Source of the DNA: Chara braunii
Lineage: Eukaryota > Plantae > Charophyceae
Reading direction: 5' to 3'
DNA: 64,000 nucleotides
Assembly (NCBI GenBank): GCA_003427395.1
Contig: BFEA01000026.1
Coordinates: 2,724,756 to 2,788,755, forward strand
In this document: positions 38,501 to 51,635 of the stretch, in pieces
Position numbering within the stretch: the stretch's first letter is position 1
Layout of the letters: every line of letters starts with the position of its first letter
Translations under genes and position numbers: made by a program
Notes under the pieces: generated by a model
Seen by the model: the letters and a program-made list of their open reading frames with translations, nothing else
Told to the model about the DNA's origin: nothing
Databases searched by the model: none

Positions 38501-39084
38501 GCCATTATTGCGTTGCATATGCCTGCATTGCTAGTCGATATGAGAAGACCCTGCATCCGCGCGACTTTATACTTAGCCTCGCGAGTGTCCCCTATCCGAT
38601 TTTCCGCATCGGTAGGTTATGGGATAACTACTGAAGGGATTACGGGTGTTGTTGTGTTGTTTGTTTTGTGTTATTTTATATGCGTTCTAGTCGACCGACG
38701 ACGAGTCGCGCCTGGGACTTCAACCCCCCTATGCGTCGGTTCGCGTGTGGGTCCGATAGAGGTGTGGGATCACTCGTACCCCCTATGCTACAGCGAACGA
38801 GAAACGCCCTCGACTAGTCCACCTCTGCGATCGCAATTGATGAGCTTTCGTACTGTGGACTGGTAGCTTGGCGGAGATACGCCCACCGAAGGGAGGTGAT
38901 AAATCTCGCTAGTGGAGGTAAGTTGTACCTCACGTTGGCCTTATCCTGTCGTAGGGGCTCGTGAGAGGTATGGCTGGCGCACTCGGCCGGAGCGGCTTGC
39001 GGAAATTCCATGTGTATCACGAGGTAGACCAACTCCAGCGCAGCCGGGAGGGTCTCGCCCTGCGAGGGACCGATGAGCTCGACA
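32581..39084 (+). mobile_element. 6504-bp LTR-type insertion (probable very long solo LTR or non-autonomous LTR derivative)
   Basis: Ends TGTC...GACA, flanked by an ACGT duplication (32577-32580 and 39085-39088). Excision restores the PLE RT frame KHKN-VSRWRPI. Confidence 0.85.
33010..33570 (+). pseudogene. Diverged LSU (25S/28S) rRNA-derived segment inside the LTR-type insertion; not an rRNA gene
   Basis: Colinear matches to conserved LSU tracts: ccgtcttaagaccggacggagaagtccgac (~cccgtcttgaaacacggaccaaggagtctgac); gccagaggaaactcgtgtggagg (~gccagaggaaactctggtggagg); ggtataggggcgagcgactaattgagccgctagtagttgattcccttcgaagttcccc (~ggtataggggcgaaagactaatcgaaccatctagtagctggttccctccgaagtttccc). Confidence 0.85.
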
Positions 39085-40190
39085 ACGTGTCAAGGTGGAG
39101 GCCTATATGTCCGTCTCCCAAGGAATGTGGGGTAGCAGCAAGCGAAAGGGTGACCCATGCTATAAACCGCATGCTTTGGGATTTGTCAGGGCAAACAAAT
39201 TTTAATATGTGAAGCACTTGCGATCTGGTGGAGAACGTGTTAGTGGTCAACAAGGAATTAAAGAAAGGAGATGGGTTGCTGAGTGCTACTTTTGATGCCA
39301 AGAAATGTTCTGCAATGTACCTCATGAGGCGGTGATGGAGGCGGTTCGTTGGATGCTGATTTGTGAGCTTTGAAAGGGACAACGAGGATGTTGTTGAAGA
39401 AGAGAGGAAGCAGTGCAAAAATAAAGAAAGGTGGTTTGTAGATTGATTGGTTGGTGGTTTGCTTTTGATTGATCTCATATTTTGTCAAGTTTGATTTGGA
39501 AAGCATTTTTGTCTCAGCGTGTGGTGCGATCTTGAGGCAAACAGTGGGTATTCTAATGGGCAAGCCGTGCAGCCCAGTCCTTGCGTGCTTATTGTGCGTA
39601 CACTTTGAATTTGTTTTCTGATGGGTTTGGGTAGGGAGCGGAAGTTGGCCAGCGGGATACGAATGATTGATAATGTATCATTTTTTGTCATGTTCAATGT
39701 TGGGAATGGAGAATTGCTAAGAAATATGAAGGAGATGATGTGGAAATTAAAAAATTGATATCACTCGAATTTGGTGTTGGAACAGACAAATGAAGGTGAC
39801 GAGTGGGATTTCCTAGGCTGCGTGATAAAAGTGGAGAGCTGGCCTGAAGGAATCAGTGTGGCGGAAATGAACAATTAGATAAGAGAAGTCAATTTTTTAT
39901 AATTTATAGGACTATTGTTCGTACGCAAGCCGTCAGTAAAAATTGGTAATCATAAGCTCGTTCTTGCATAGGGTGAAACCTTTCACAACGACTAAAGGAG
40001 CTGAAGTCCTTTTCCTGCTTACTCTGAAGGTGGAGTTATGCCTACGGGGTTTCCCATACTGATTCTTCGATTCGACACTCAGAAATTTCTCAGCGAAGTT
40101 TGGCAACATCTGTGGGGACTGAGTGAAGTACCTCACAGGATGAGACAAATTGTTTTGAAGTATCGACCACGCTTATACTGAATGGGATGG
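39085..40190 (+). pseudogene. PLE reverse transcriptase core and C-terminus
   Basis: VSRWRPICPS (motif 2); ATFDAK/MFCNVPH (A, frameshifted); GILMGKPCSPVLA (B'); GIRMIDNV (C, DD->DN); WDFLGC (E); ELCLRGFP (C-terminus). Confidence 0.85.
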
Positions 40191-40195
40191 GAACC

Positions 40196-41104
40196 TGAGG
40201 GACCTGGGAGCTGCTGGTCACTGACTGGGTTTGAACTTCAACAAATATTTCTTGTTTACTTTTCGAGTATTGATCACCTTTAGGGCTTGATTTTGGGCCA
40301 ACTATTTTTTTATTTCTTTTCTTTTGCTTTTTTTTTTCGGACTTGGACTACTCTATATTCATCGGTATCTCGAATATTGTTTTTTGTTATTCTCCAGAAT
40401 CCTAAACTTGAACCTGGACTGCTATTGAGGAAACTAGTTTTCTGAAACCTTGAGGCTCTAAACCTTCTACATCCGCGCTAAGTTTTCTCGATCTTTTTCT
40501 TCATTATTATGTTCAGAACAACGTCTTGTTCCTTTTGAACTAATTTGCTTCAAGTCGAGGTTTTCATTTTGTCCTTTCTATTTCCAACCTCTCAGACACC
40601 TTAATGATGAAAGTGCTATTGGCGGGTTAGTCGACTTCAAGTAGGGCGAGATCTGAAGTGATGATGTCTAGTATTTAGTACCACATTGACAATGAGACGA
40701 CCTCCTCCTTTGCGACATTGACCCCTGGTGAGTGTCGACTGGCGACCGACTGAGGCATAGGGTCACATAGCCACACTAGTAGTTGGGTAGGAATATTCAG
40801 TAGCTAAACAGGCTTATGGCTGTCGACTCAACAATATCGTTTTGCTAGTTTCAACAAGTTGTATTTTGATTGAACAATAATTTTTCGACCTGTTGGTCAC
40901 GTTCGAGAAAACTCAGTTGTCTTGTGGTGGTACTTTCGTCGTGTCTTCTCACTACTCCTCCCTCCTTTGTTTTTCTCCTTTCTTTCTCTCTCTCTCTCCC
41001 TCCCTCCCTCCTTCCCTCCCCCCCTCTCTCCCTCTTTCCCCCCCCCTCTCCCTCTCCCTCTCTCTCTCTCTTGCTCTCTCTCTTTTTTCCTATTTCTCCT
41101 TTCC
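40196..41104 (+). repeat. 3' pseudo-LTR of the Penelope-like element
   Basis: Direct repeat of 28062-29092; starts right after the RT C-terminus. Confidence 0.85.
40719..40765 (+). ncRNA. More degenerate hammerhead motif in the 3' pLTR
   Basis: TGACCC-CTGGTGA-GT-GTCG..CGAC-T-GAGGCATA-GGGTCA; positional homologue of 28593-28642 with stems I and II retained. Confidence 0.45.
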
Positions 41105-44100
41105 GCAGATTGCAGCTGCATATGTGATGTTGTAATTGTCGAAAGTGCTTTCAACTAACGTGTTTGGGTCAAGTTACTTTGCGTCCCTATGTATATTTCT
41201 CTTAAAAGATTAATGTGGAAAATTCCTCTTTGTTTCGTAAATTTTCTTATCTGTCTTATAATTTTGTTTAGGACCTCATTTTCAACTTATTTTCTCTACC
41301 TTCTTTGCTTACAATCCTGAAGCTCATTCGCGTTAAGACCTATAAAAAAATAGATTATCACATAGTCAAAAGCGGAATAATGTCCCCCTCTGTTTTTCTT
41401 CGCACTCTATTTTCCTCCCCCATTCATCTCTGCCCCATCATGACCAACACCAAGTACTCATTCCCCTTGTTCTCTACTACTATGGCGCCTTCTAGTTTCC
41501 TTTATAATTTCACCATCTTCTTTGGTACTTGTCTATATCGTTGTTGTCATGCTTTCACGACTCTTACTAACATTGCCCCCCTCCTCCACGCCCTGAACGC
41601 CCACTTAGGAGATTTGAGATCTATTGTTCGTTTTATCCTCTTTGTCGCTTCTCTTGCACCCTCTTCGAGCTCTCACTCCCAATGCTGATTATGTCATTCA
41701 TCTCGCTTATTGTCCTGCAATCCACGATCGGGCTTTGTCCACCCTTCGCCACTGCTCACTTATTTACCTCCACCTCCTTTATTTTTATCCTGACCCATTG
41801 AGTTTCCCCTCCTCTTCCTTTTCTCTTTGTATCACTTTTTTTTTCCATATTCGTTATCACGACGTACTCCAACTCACTTATTCTTACTATCCCTTCGTCC
41901 CATTGTACATTGTCGTTCTTTGTCCATCTCACACCGTTTATTTCATCTTGTACCCCCTTCTTTCTTGTCGCGCTCACCCTGATGTTCAAATCCTTTCGTT
42001 GATGTGCCACTTACATGCCTTTGTGTATAGCTCTTCCTCTTGTCCATGCTCTTCCCCTCATAAACTTGAAGAATACAATGTTTGTTAAAATATAGCATTT
42101 TTATGTTTTGCAATGTATATTTGAGTGATTTAAAGAGGTTATTTGTCCTGTCTTGTTTATTTACGAGACTACCGTTTTTTTTTCTCTTTTGTTTTTCACC
42201 ACCATTCATCCATCACAAAAAAGCAAAAAAAAGTAAAAAAGCAGTCAAAAAAATTATAAAATTTAAACAAAAATTTATAATTTTATCAATAATCACTCAT
42301 CATAAAGAATGAGCCTTATTGAATCGGCTTGATGAGTCCTTCGGATTACTCGAGTACAAATTGTAGGGAAAAAAATTAAATTGTGATAAAAACAACGTTC
42401 AATGTCTTAACTTGCTCTCTCAATTTCTCTTTTCTACTTTGTACCCGTCTTCCATCAACTGGTCTTTGAGTTCCATTTTATCACCCTAAACCAATCCATC
42501 ATTTTTTACCGTCGACCTTCACCCTTCAAGCCCACAACAGGGAATGTAATATGCCACTATCATCCACCGTTTTGTCGTTCTACCACAAACCCTTCCATCT
42601 CTTTCACCCATCTTGTCATTTGTAGTTTTAATTGAACGTGTGCAGTAAATTAATAAATGTTACATCCAAGATGACAAAAACTTGCAATAAAATTACCCAT
42701 TTATAAATAAGAGAGGGAATATATATATGTATATACATATATACATTCAAGTACAACATTTTTGATAATTACTGATGTATTTTTTAGCCTTCGACTGATT
42801 GTAAGCCCATGTAAGGTGCTACCTACAATTATGAGCGTTGTTTGAAAGAAAGTTAAATATTTACTTCAACTTTGTTTTTGCTAAAGTGAATTACGTTACA
42901 CTGCATTTGCGAAAATCGAATTTTGATGCCACTACGACCAAATTCGGATTGATGAGGATAGTATAAAGGAGATTATTTTTGAGTCTCGTTTTAACGATTA
43001 TGAGTTATTGGTGGTGTCATTTCAGCTAATTAATATGCGACATTTCAATTAATAAATAACTTTTTTTTTTCACTGTTGTTAAAAAATTGTGTCATCATGT
43101 ATCTCGATTATATTTGGATATTTAACAAATTTTGGGTTGATTGTTTGAATTATCTTCATCTGCTCCAAATAGTATAAGAATAGTTTGTTTATCCAGAATT
43201 TCGTAAATGGGGGTTGATGTGTACGTCACTTTGCTAGGTAGACCACCTAATGGGTTTGAACGACCTCAATGGACTGTATTTATTTACATAAACATTACAA
43301 CATATTTGATACAAAGTAGACATGAACCTTTGTATGTGTATTTAATATATTATGACAATAACTTTCTATTAATGGTCGTTTGAAAATATATATGATTTTT
43401 TTTTAAGAAATATATATTGTCTTTTTACTTGAACAATTTTATGCATGGTGCGTATTATAGCTCCAATCATGACTATTTATAAAATAAGATTTAAAATCTA
43501 ATTAGCCAACCCGGAGGTCTTGCTCACTTTTGGATGTTCGGTTCGTTTGCACTCAAGGATAGGCGTCTGTTTGAACAAGTTGTACGGGCTCAGGGTAAAA
43601 ATGTGTTGGACCCCTGAAATGGCGCCTAACCCCGCACAACCGTAGGGGGGCGGTCATAGGGTAGGGCGATGCAATGACCAAGGATCTCCAACCTCTAAAA
43701 AAATAGAATCCAATAAACAAAACAACATTGTTGTGGGTTATCAGATCTTCGTGATTTGACGATCCACATCAGGCCGTAGTAATTTGTCAACGACACCAAC
43801 TCTCTTTTCTTTATGCCTCTCACATATAAGGCTCTTTATATTAATTTTAGTCGACCACCAACTATCAACGACCCACTTGCACATTATGAAAGGAGGCACA
43901 ACAAATGAGGAGGTATGATCCGGTTCATTTATCTTTAGATCTTTAGTTAGATTTTGTCTGTTTTTTTAGCGATACCCATCCATGTGCATTTGTTAATACT
44001 AGTATACAAAAGGAGGGAAAAATGGAAGGGGAAGAGGGTTGAGTTCTGTAAGAAGTGAGCGATGGGTGAGGGAGCAAGGGTAGAGAAGAGAGTGAGATGG

Positions 44101-44759
44101 ACAATAAACAAAATAGGGGAAAGGGGCACTTCACAAGATGTTCAATATTCACCACTGAAGAAGATATTGTGTAATGGCACAAAATGTCAGTCAGTGCTTG
44201 GTTTGCAAGACATTTTGAGTTGAGGAGTTGCAGTTGTCTATGGTAAATGGTGTGCGTGTATGTCTATGTTACATCGCACCACCACAACCCTTGTTCCACC
44301 CAGTTGAGTAGATCCGAAATCAATGTAGTTTCATCTTTATCGCACACAATGAAGTACACTTGAGATAAATCATTCCAACAGTGAAACACTTAACGTCTAT
44401 GGCAAGCTACATGGAGCATATTGAAATAAGACATCCCAACAATGAAACAATTTACCACTATAGCAAGCAATATGGAGGACAATAGATCCATTGGGTACCC
44501 CATTTGTTTATTCTTGCAACTATTTTTTTACTGTAATTCTCACATGTGTGCATGTGACGGTAAGAGAAAAAAGGGATTGGGGTAGATTTTATCTGTTTAT
44601 TTCATATTGGTATGTTCACTGTATGATGATCATTCGTATACTTTGTGTGTGTATTGCCAATTTCGTTATGCAAAATTTCACCAAAAAATAGAAGTATGAC
44701 TCTGCAAGACTATTTTGTGTGGTTTCTCTAACTCATAAAAAAGGTTGAAGCCCAACAGT

Positions 44760-45479
44760 CTGACCACAATGCATTTGGCTGAATGGTAAGAACTCACCAC
44801 CTTGTCCAGAGTTAGCACCCTTGAGAAAAATGATAGAATCTACTTATATCAACCCCGCAATTTAATTGAACTGCTGATCCTAACCCAGTCAAAGGACTTA
44901 TGTGTGTGTGTGTTTTTACAAGTTTTCGATACAAAACTAAAAAATAATAAATTGTGATTGTACCATATTGTTTCATCGGACTCTCATAAACTCATCAGGA
45001 TTACCCCTCGAGAGTCTAGCCAGTGTGCATTGAATTGATTGATAAGGACTCTTCGCCTTGCCCAAAGTTCGAAGCCCTATGAAAAGTGGTACACTATACT
45101 CACACAACTTTGGAATCCAAGGATATTGTGGGTTCAAGCCCTGACAAACAATGTGTATGTGAGTGTATGTGTATGTTGTGAAATTCCCTATGTAAAACTC
45201 AAAAAGAAAAATAACGCAATTGTGTCAGCCTATTTCGTTGTACTTTCACCAACTTACCAGGAGGTCTTCTAAACGTTTGGCTAAAATGCATTTGAATGAT
45301 AGATAAGGACTTAACATCGTCCACAACCCTGAAAATAGTGGTAGCCTCTACTCAAACCAACCCTGCCAACCTAGCAGACTGTTGGTCTAAATCCTTGATA
45401 AAAATGTGTGTGTGTGTTCGTATATGTGTATTCAGGTGCATGTATGTATGTGTATGTGTATGCGTGTGTGTATATGTAT

Positions 45480-45515
<36 letters not shown>

Positions 45516-45900
45516 CAAGTTGGCTGTACCGCCTTCCCCCCCCCCCCAAAAAAAAAAAAAAAAAAAAAGGTTTGGTTGTGTCAGATTGTTTTGTCAGACT
45601 ATCATGAACTTATCAGGACGTTGAATCCCGAGCCAGAAAGCATTTGAGTGTTGAATAAGAACTCGTCAGCTGGCCTACAGTTAGCACTATTGACAAAAAT
45701 TGTATACTCTACTCACACCAACCCTGCAATCCTGGAAGGTTGGTGGTAAAAAACCGTTGACACTAATGTGTTGTTGTATGTGGGAGTGTTCATACATATA
45801 CTCTGCTCACACCAACCCTGCAATCTTGGAAGGTTGGTGGTAAAAAACCCTTGACACTAATGTGTTGTTGTATGTGTGAGTGTTTGTACATATCGTTCAT
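44760..45900 (+). repeat. Degenerate ~270-350-bp tandem units with embedded (TG)n
   Basis: Four recurrences of gcatt...taag.act ... actca.accaacc ... tgtgtg; a 95-bp near-exact duplication at 45704/45799. Confidence 0.6.
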
Positions 45901-46082
45901 ACATATGAAATACTTAAATAGGAAATATCATACATACTAAATATTGTAGACAACCGTTTTTTTTTCAACCATAATGTGGACCTTAGTTGTCCACTTACCA
46001 CGCCAAATGAAGCGCATTATATTGGCTTGGTTGTTGGACTCATACAACATCGAGAGCAATCATTTGACGAACGTTTGGAATC

Positions 46083-46149
<67 letters not shown>

Positions 46150-46283
46150 TGTGCGCAGGTCTCCAAGAGACTCTCTTTCTCTCTCGTAGTGTCCCCGAGC
46201 GTGGTTATTATTCTGAAACATATGAATGAATCTTCTGTGTTTATCACGAAAAATTCGTTCTCAATTTAAAGATTTCAAACCAC

Positions 46284-46345
<62 letters not shown>

Positions 46346-46481
46346 AGAGGCTGGACGCATGTCGTTGGGAGACTCTCTCTCTCTCTTTCCCTACCCCCCC
46401 AGCCCACCTCGTGCGTTCGAAAGTCGTTTCGATTTTAATGAATCTTCCGAATGAAAGCGGTAAGATTTATGCATTCTCTCC

Positions 46482-46532
<51 letters not shown>

Positions 46533-47399
46533 CCTGGGTGAGGATGTTTTTTTTTTTTCCCCCCAGGGTATAGGTGGTTTGATTTTCTTTTTTTTTCATT
46601 GTCTCCTCTGCCATATTTTGTGCCACCAACGCCACGTTAGTATAGAGGAGGGGCATTGCAAGAAGTTATATCTATTGTCTGAACTTTTTTTTGTGCAGGG
46701 TAACTCTGCAAACATTTTTGGCACCATGGCAATGCCCATCCCTGTTACTCCAAGTTTGTGCGATCGATCATCAAATCATTTGTCGGGAGGCATCGGTGAG
46801 TGATTTCGCACCAGAGTTTACCTAGTTTAAGCTTGGTTTCCTGAAACCAATGGATGAGATTCAGAGGCTGTTTGCTTACATTCATATGCGTCTGACATCT
46901 CTCTATGATTATGTCTCATAACTCCCTTTCAGTTATGAGCATGTCGTAGGTTGATTTTTCTTTTAAACCAATAGTACCTTTCCGTGTTAAAAAAACAGAA
47001 CCGCGATAGTTAACACGGGAGGTCGGAAACCTCCACTCGCGAAGTATCAGGCTCTCTTTGGCCTTGAGACTGGTGGAGTTATTATCAAGATATTACCCCA
47101 TCCTTAAAGAGGAGATATTTAGGGAAAACATGTCCCGACTGGGTAGAAAGGTAGGTTGTATGAGCATTATTGTGGTAGAGGTGCATCTTAGTAATGGAGG
47201 GGGCTAGGGTGGAAGGCGGGGAAGTAACACAACATATCAAACAACTCATCCACACAGAGATGTCAAACTAGTGGCAAACAACCAAACAACCAAACAACCA
47301 ACGAACTGTGTGCACTATATATATATATAAAATAACAAAACAGCACATGCATCAACAAACAGGAGTGATGATAAAAGCATGCACTTCTACCGGTCTTAC

Positions 47400-48290
47400 A
47401 AGGGCTCAGCTCTATTGGTGGGAAGCTACACCTGCTGGAAAGCGGGTCCAGCGTCCCCTGAAATATATCGTTGAATTGATAAAGACATCACATATTGGGA
47501 ACAGGGCCCAACGTTCCTAATGCAGTTTGCCGATAGTGAGATTGTCGTTTTTCTTCTTAGGTAGAGCATGCCTCTTTAACCTGCTTCCGGTTGTCGGATG
47601 ATACCATATAACATAGCAAATCTGTCATTTCCCTTAAGACTTAAAATAATAACCCATCACCCTTCCCCTACCCCGAAACCTTGAACCTCAACAAGGGTCA
47701 AGCTAAAAGGAGGAAAAGGGTTTGAAAAAAAAAATGCGTTTCTAAGACAGGCTCCTGGGGAAAGCTTGAACCGTTCCGGAAGGTGAGATAAAAATCTCTT
47801 TGCTGCGGGAATTCTTGCCCGTCCTCCTTTGACCATTTAACCTCACCTAGACCTTCCCCCTCAGAACTGGCCAACGATTCGAGAACAAATTTCTTAAGTC
47901 GAATATTTCTTTTTTGATGAAAAAAATTAATTTTATTTTGATACCGCACAATGAGCACAAATTTCTGCTTTAACAAATTGTATTATTAGATGTCACATTT
48001 CTGAACCTTCTATGTTGATATTTTTCCTTTAATGAACACAACGTTTATGCCAAAGAGGCCATAAGATCGCCTTGCGACCTAGTTAAAAACAATTGTGTTG
48101 AAATGCAGTTAGTTGAAGACAAGGAGGGTCCAAATGTCCAAACAAGATGGTTCGCGAATCCAGGGTCATTCCAAACTTATCAAATTTCTCTATATACAGT
48201 CTCATATTCTCCGCCACAGAACCGACTCTGGGCATTGCATGCAAATATACTTAATAGTCTATGTAGATCATTTACTAGAAAATGCAAAAA
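47400..48290 (-). mobile_element. 5'-truncated L1-clade LINE (ORF2 C-terminus and 3' UTR)
   Basis: Minus-strand remnants SRFCGGEYETV (zinc-knuckle-like), RTILFGH and AILWPLWHKRC, followed by the structured 3' motif. Confidence 0.6.
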
Positions 48291-48999
48291 AACTAGGTAA
48301 CAAATCCGGATATCCGGCAGATCAAATTTATCCAAAATTTTCAATCCGGATAAAATTTCCGGATTAATTACAGATATGCAAAATCCGACCTTGTGTAAAA
48401 TACGATTTTTTAACAAAAACAAAAATTAAAAAAATGAAGAAAACGTATGTTGTTTATATCAATGATACAAACAACTTTTGGCTTCAGGCCATCTTCGATG
48501 TGTGAACAGCTATGAAGATTAAAAAAAAAAAAAAAAAAAAAAGATAAAAAATTATAAAATAAATTAAGCATCCCCCCTCTGACCCCTTTATTCCCTATCT
48601 TACCGTCTTTGGACCCTTTCATACCCCATCAAACTTTCATGAAATATGAACTTAGTTCTATTGTAATTTGCATGCGCAATATCACTTTTTTTTTTTACTT
48701 TTTTTCTTTTTCTTTTTTTGACCTTTTTTTTTATCATCCGTATTCTCGGATGATCCTACCTCCCGATAATCTGGCCAGTAGAGAAAAACACAATTTGCAT
48801 CATGATAATACTAAACTTCTCTGTTTTAAAGCAAACCGATTAATAATCTAGTCATTGGTGGGTAGGTAGTGATGGACAATTTGTCATTGTAACGGCGCAA
48901 ATTTCGCTAGCCTCTGCTTGTGATTCAAAAAAAAGTTTCACATGTGTAATTAAATTAACATCTATATTGACATGACGGACCCACCAGTCTTGAATGACT

Positions 49000-49860
49000 G
49001 TTGAAATATTCATTTTTGTACGCCGTCTTGACTATAAGAGATAACAAAGACCGTGGTGTCCTCTCCGGCTCGTTTGTCAAAGTCATTCTTCTGGGTCAAA
49101 AGGTTGTTTGGGAACTAACATATCGGGGAGGAACAATCTTCATTAATTGATGGATGAGACAAAGAGGACTCTAATCCGATATAAATGCTCAAAGAGACAA
49201 AAATAACTCTAATCTGATATAATGATCGAAAGGAAAAATAAAACATCTGAGCCTCTGGTGCATTGAGGGGATGGCTCCTGTTCAGCTTGTACAAGTAGGA
49301 AGACCTAAAGAAGATCATGATGCATTTTTGAAGGAATGGTTAGGAGGGGATCGACCGGGATGGATGACAATGGTAGCATGGTCAGGATACACACTGGTCA
49401 GGGACTATCAACAGCAGTTCTGCGAATGGATAATCATCGAGCTTGAAACATCCTTACGACCAACTTCGGACTTCCTCGACTTATTTCTCCGCCACCTGCT
49501 ATCGATGGTAGAAATTCTACAAAGGGACGTCAAGAGAGTGGACGAGAGGAACAAGTAGGCCCCGAAGCCCCCAGGAGCAGACACCTCTGCCCCCCCCCGT
49601 CCTCCCACATTATTCCTGGTTTTCCAATCTGCTCATTCGGCTTAGGTATGCCCACTCAGTCAATTCACTGTATTTTCATAGCAATCAATGCTTGCTGTCT
49701 AAAAGCTCTGCAAAACTGTCTATGTTTCTTGTGTATGAGACACTGGATCTGGTTTTCAGCCGGTGATGGCCCCCACCAATAGATGGGTCCTCCCCCACGA
49801 TGCTTGAGGTGTCTGCTCCCACCAGCACCATACACACATACGGGGGCTGTTTTTTTTTGG
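49000..49860 (+). mobile_element. Probable L1-like LINE 3' end
   Basis: ORF tail with DAFLKEWLG...GW, followed by a UTR containing the shared hairpin/pseudoknot motif at 49737-49789. Confidence 0.45.
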
Positions 49861-49907
49861 TTTTTTTAAGAGCCATTGAAACACAATTCCATATGCAAGA
49901 GTTATCA

Positions 49908-50540
49908 GGCGATATCCAAAAGTCACAACATAATAAAAAAGCAATAAAATACCTAGAAGCACTGAAGACTGATGACTCAGGTCCTGCTCAATTGAAAGCA
50001 CAACAAGTCTGAACAAAGGCAAGCACTCGGCGACACTAGATCACAATTATAAAAAGTGCGATATCCAAAAGCTACAGTAGAATCGAAAAGCAATAAAATA
50101 CCTAGAAGAACCGAAGAATCGCGAAGACTGATGACTCCATTCCTGTTCAATTAAGCTCACAGCAAGTCGGAACAAAAACGACCACTTAGCAACACTCGAT
50201 TGCAATAGTAAAAAGTACACAACCCAAGGTATAAAAGGCCGCCACCGTTCTAGGCAAGTCTCTTTCTCGATCACACAAAAGGTGAGGTGCGTCGAAAAAG
50301 CTATATAAGACAAATAATCGTCGCCACTCCAAATTCGTATTTACCCAAATAGAGACGGTTCCACTCTAGGACATGTCTACGTCGTGAATACAAAAGGTTG
50401 CCATTGCTCTAGACAAGGCTTATTCTCGTTGCACAAATGTGGGGTATGTCGAAATAATCATATGAGACAAACAATCGCTCCCGCTCGTAATCTGTATTTG
50501 CCTTAATAGAGACTGCTTTGCTCTATGACACTTCTAAAAC
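49908..50540 (+). repeat. Two adjacent diverged ~150-160-bp duplications
   Basis: gcgatatccaaaag...gaagactgatgactc x2; gcca..g.tctag.caag...aatagagac x2. Confidence 0.7.
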
Positions 50541-51596
50541 GACGAGAGAAAGACAACTAATCTTGCACCTAATATGGTGCCATATCTCCTTGTGGAGCAT
50601 CCCATAAGAAATCATAAACTCAACGTGTTTCATACCTGGGATCACCGCACAACCTATGCATCAATCCGTTCACTTAATGTTCGAATGCTCCACACCCCAC
50701 CCCATTGTGTCACACGATCCATACCAGTATGCACACAAAAGCAGACGAGCAATCACAGAGAGCTATCACCATGCACCGGATATGGTGGTCTGGCTGCAGC
50801 ATGTTAAGCGAGCAATGTCAGACTGTTGTGCTAAACCGCTTCATCACACGTCCTTCTCACCACTCCGCTCAACAAAAACTTCTAACTTTCTCATACTTTC
50901 AACAGTTCATTTGGTCGGTAAATTTGCCTGTATGATGTACTTGAACATTGGCTCAATGACATGCACGGATCTGTTTTTTCCAATTTTAGGGTGACATAGA
51001 AAGTAGAAACAATAAAGTAATTTATGCATGTCTTCTTCTTCTTCTTCTTTTTCCACGAAAAAACGCCTTCATTAGCAGGGCCTAGTGCCCAAGGCAAATA
51101 CATCATCCACGAAGAGATAAGGGACATCTAGGGTATCCTGCTCCAGCCATGAGTCCGGAGGCCCGTCCCTGTTTGCAGCCTGTCAAGGTTGCGTTTTGTA
51201 CACCTACAAGGCTGAAAGCTTTCAACGTTAGTTCAAAGTTCATGGACATTTTTGGTTGGGGAGGGGGAACACACTTGGCCCAAGTAAAATGGAAAGGGCA
51301 AGTTTGCAACCCGTCAGGGTTGGATTTTATACACCTGGAAGCTTTCAACGTTCGTTCAATGTTGAGGGGCATTTTTGGTTTGGGGCCCACTTTTGGTTTG
51401 GGGAGGATAAGGGCGCGGTGCACTGGGCCCAGGTAGAATGGAAAAGGTCGCGATCGGGAAAGTTTGAAATGGCGTGCTGGGCCTAGGTCGAAATGGTGCT
51501 TGCACTGCAATGAGGACGCATTGAGCGCCTAATTCACACTGTTTCCGCAACTTGTGTCTACCTATGGTGCGAGTTTGGTGGAGAGGCAACTTGGTT

Positions 51597-51635
<39 letters not shown>

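Larger units (their letters stand above)
28062..41104 (+). mobile_element. Decayed Penelope-like retroelement with N-terminal GIY-YIG endonuclease (Naiad/Chlamys-type domain order), carrying nested insertions
   Basis: Direct ~0.9-1 kb terminal repeats (28062-29092 and 40196-41104). Between them, in order: GIY-YIG remnant, CC..DGH linker, RT motifs 1, 2, A, B', C and E. Many stops and frameshifts. Confidence 0.85.

Noticed and set aside
38870-38925. Glycine-riboswitch-like string GGAGA...CACCGAAGG...AAATCTC...AGGTAA
   Set aside because: No room for P2. The homologue at 24415-24465 loses GAAG and instead preserves a simple YACC/GGTG hairpin. An Rfam scan would settle it.
49964-50010. CTGATGA...GAAA hammerhead-like core (and its duplicate at 50128)
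   Set aside because: No convincing stems I-III, and the duplicate lacks GAAA.
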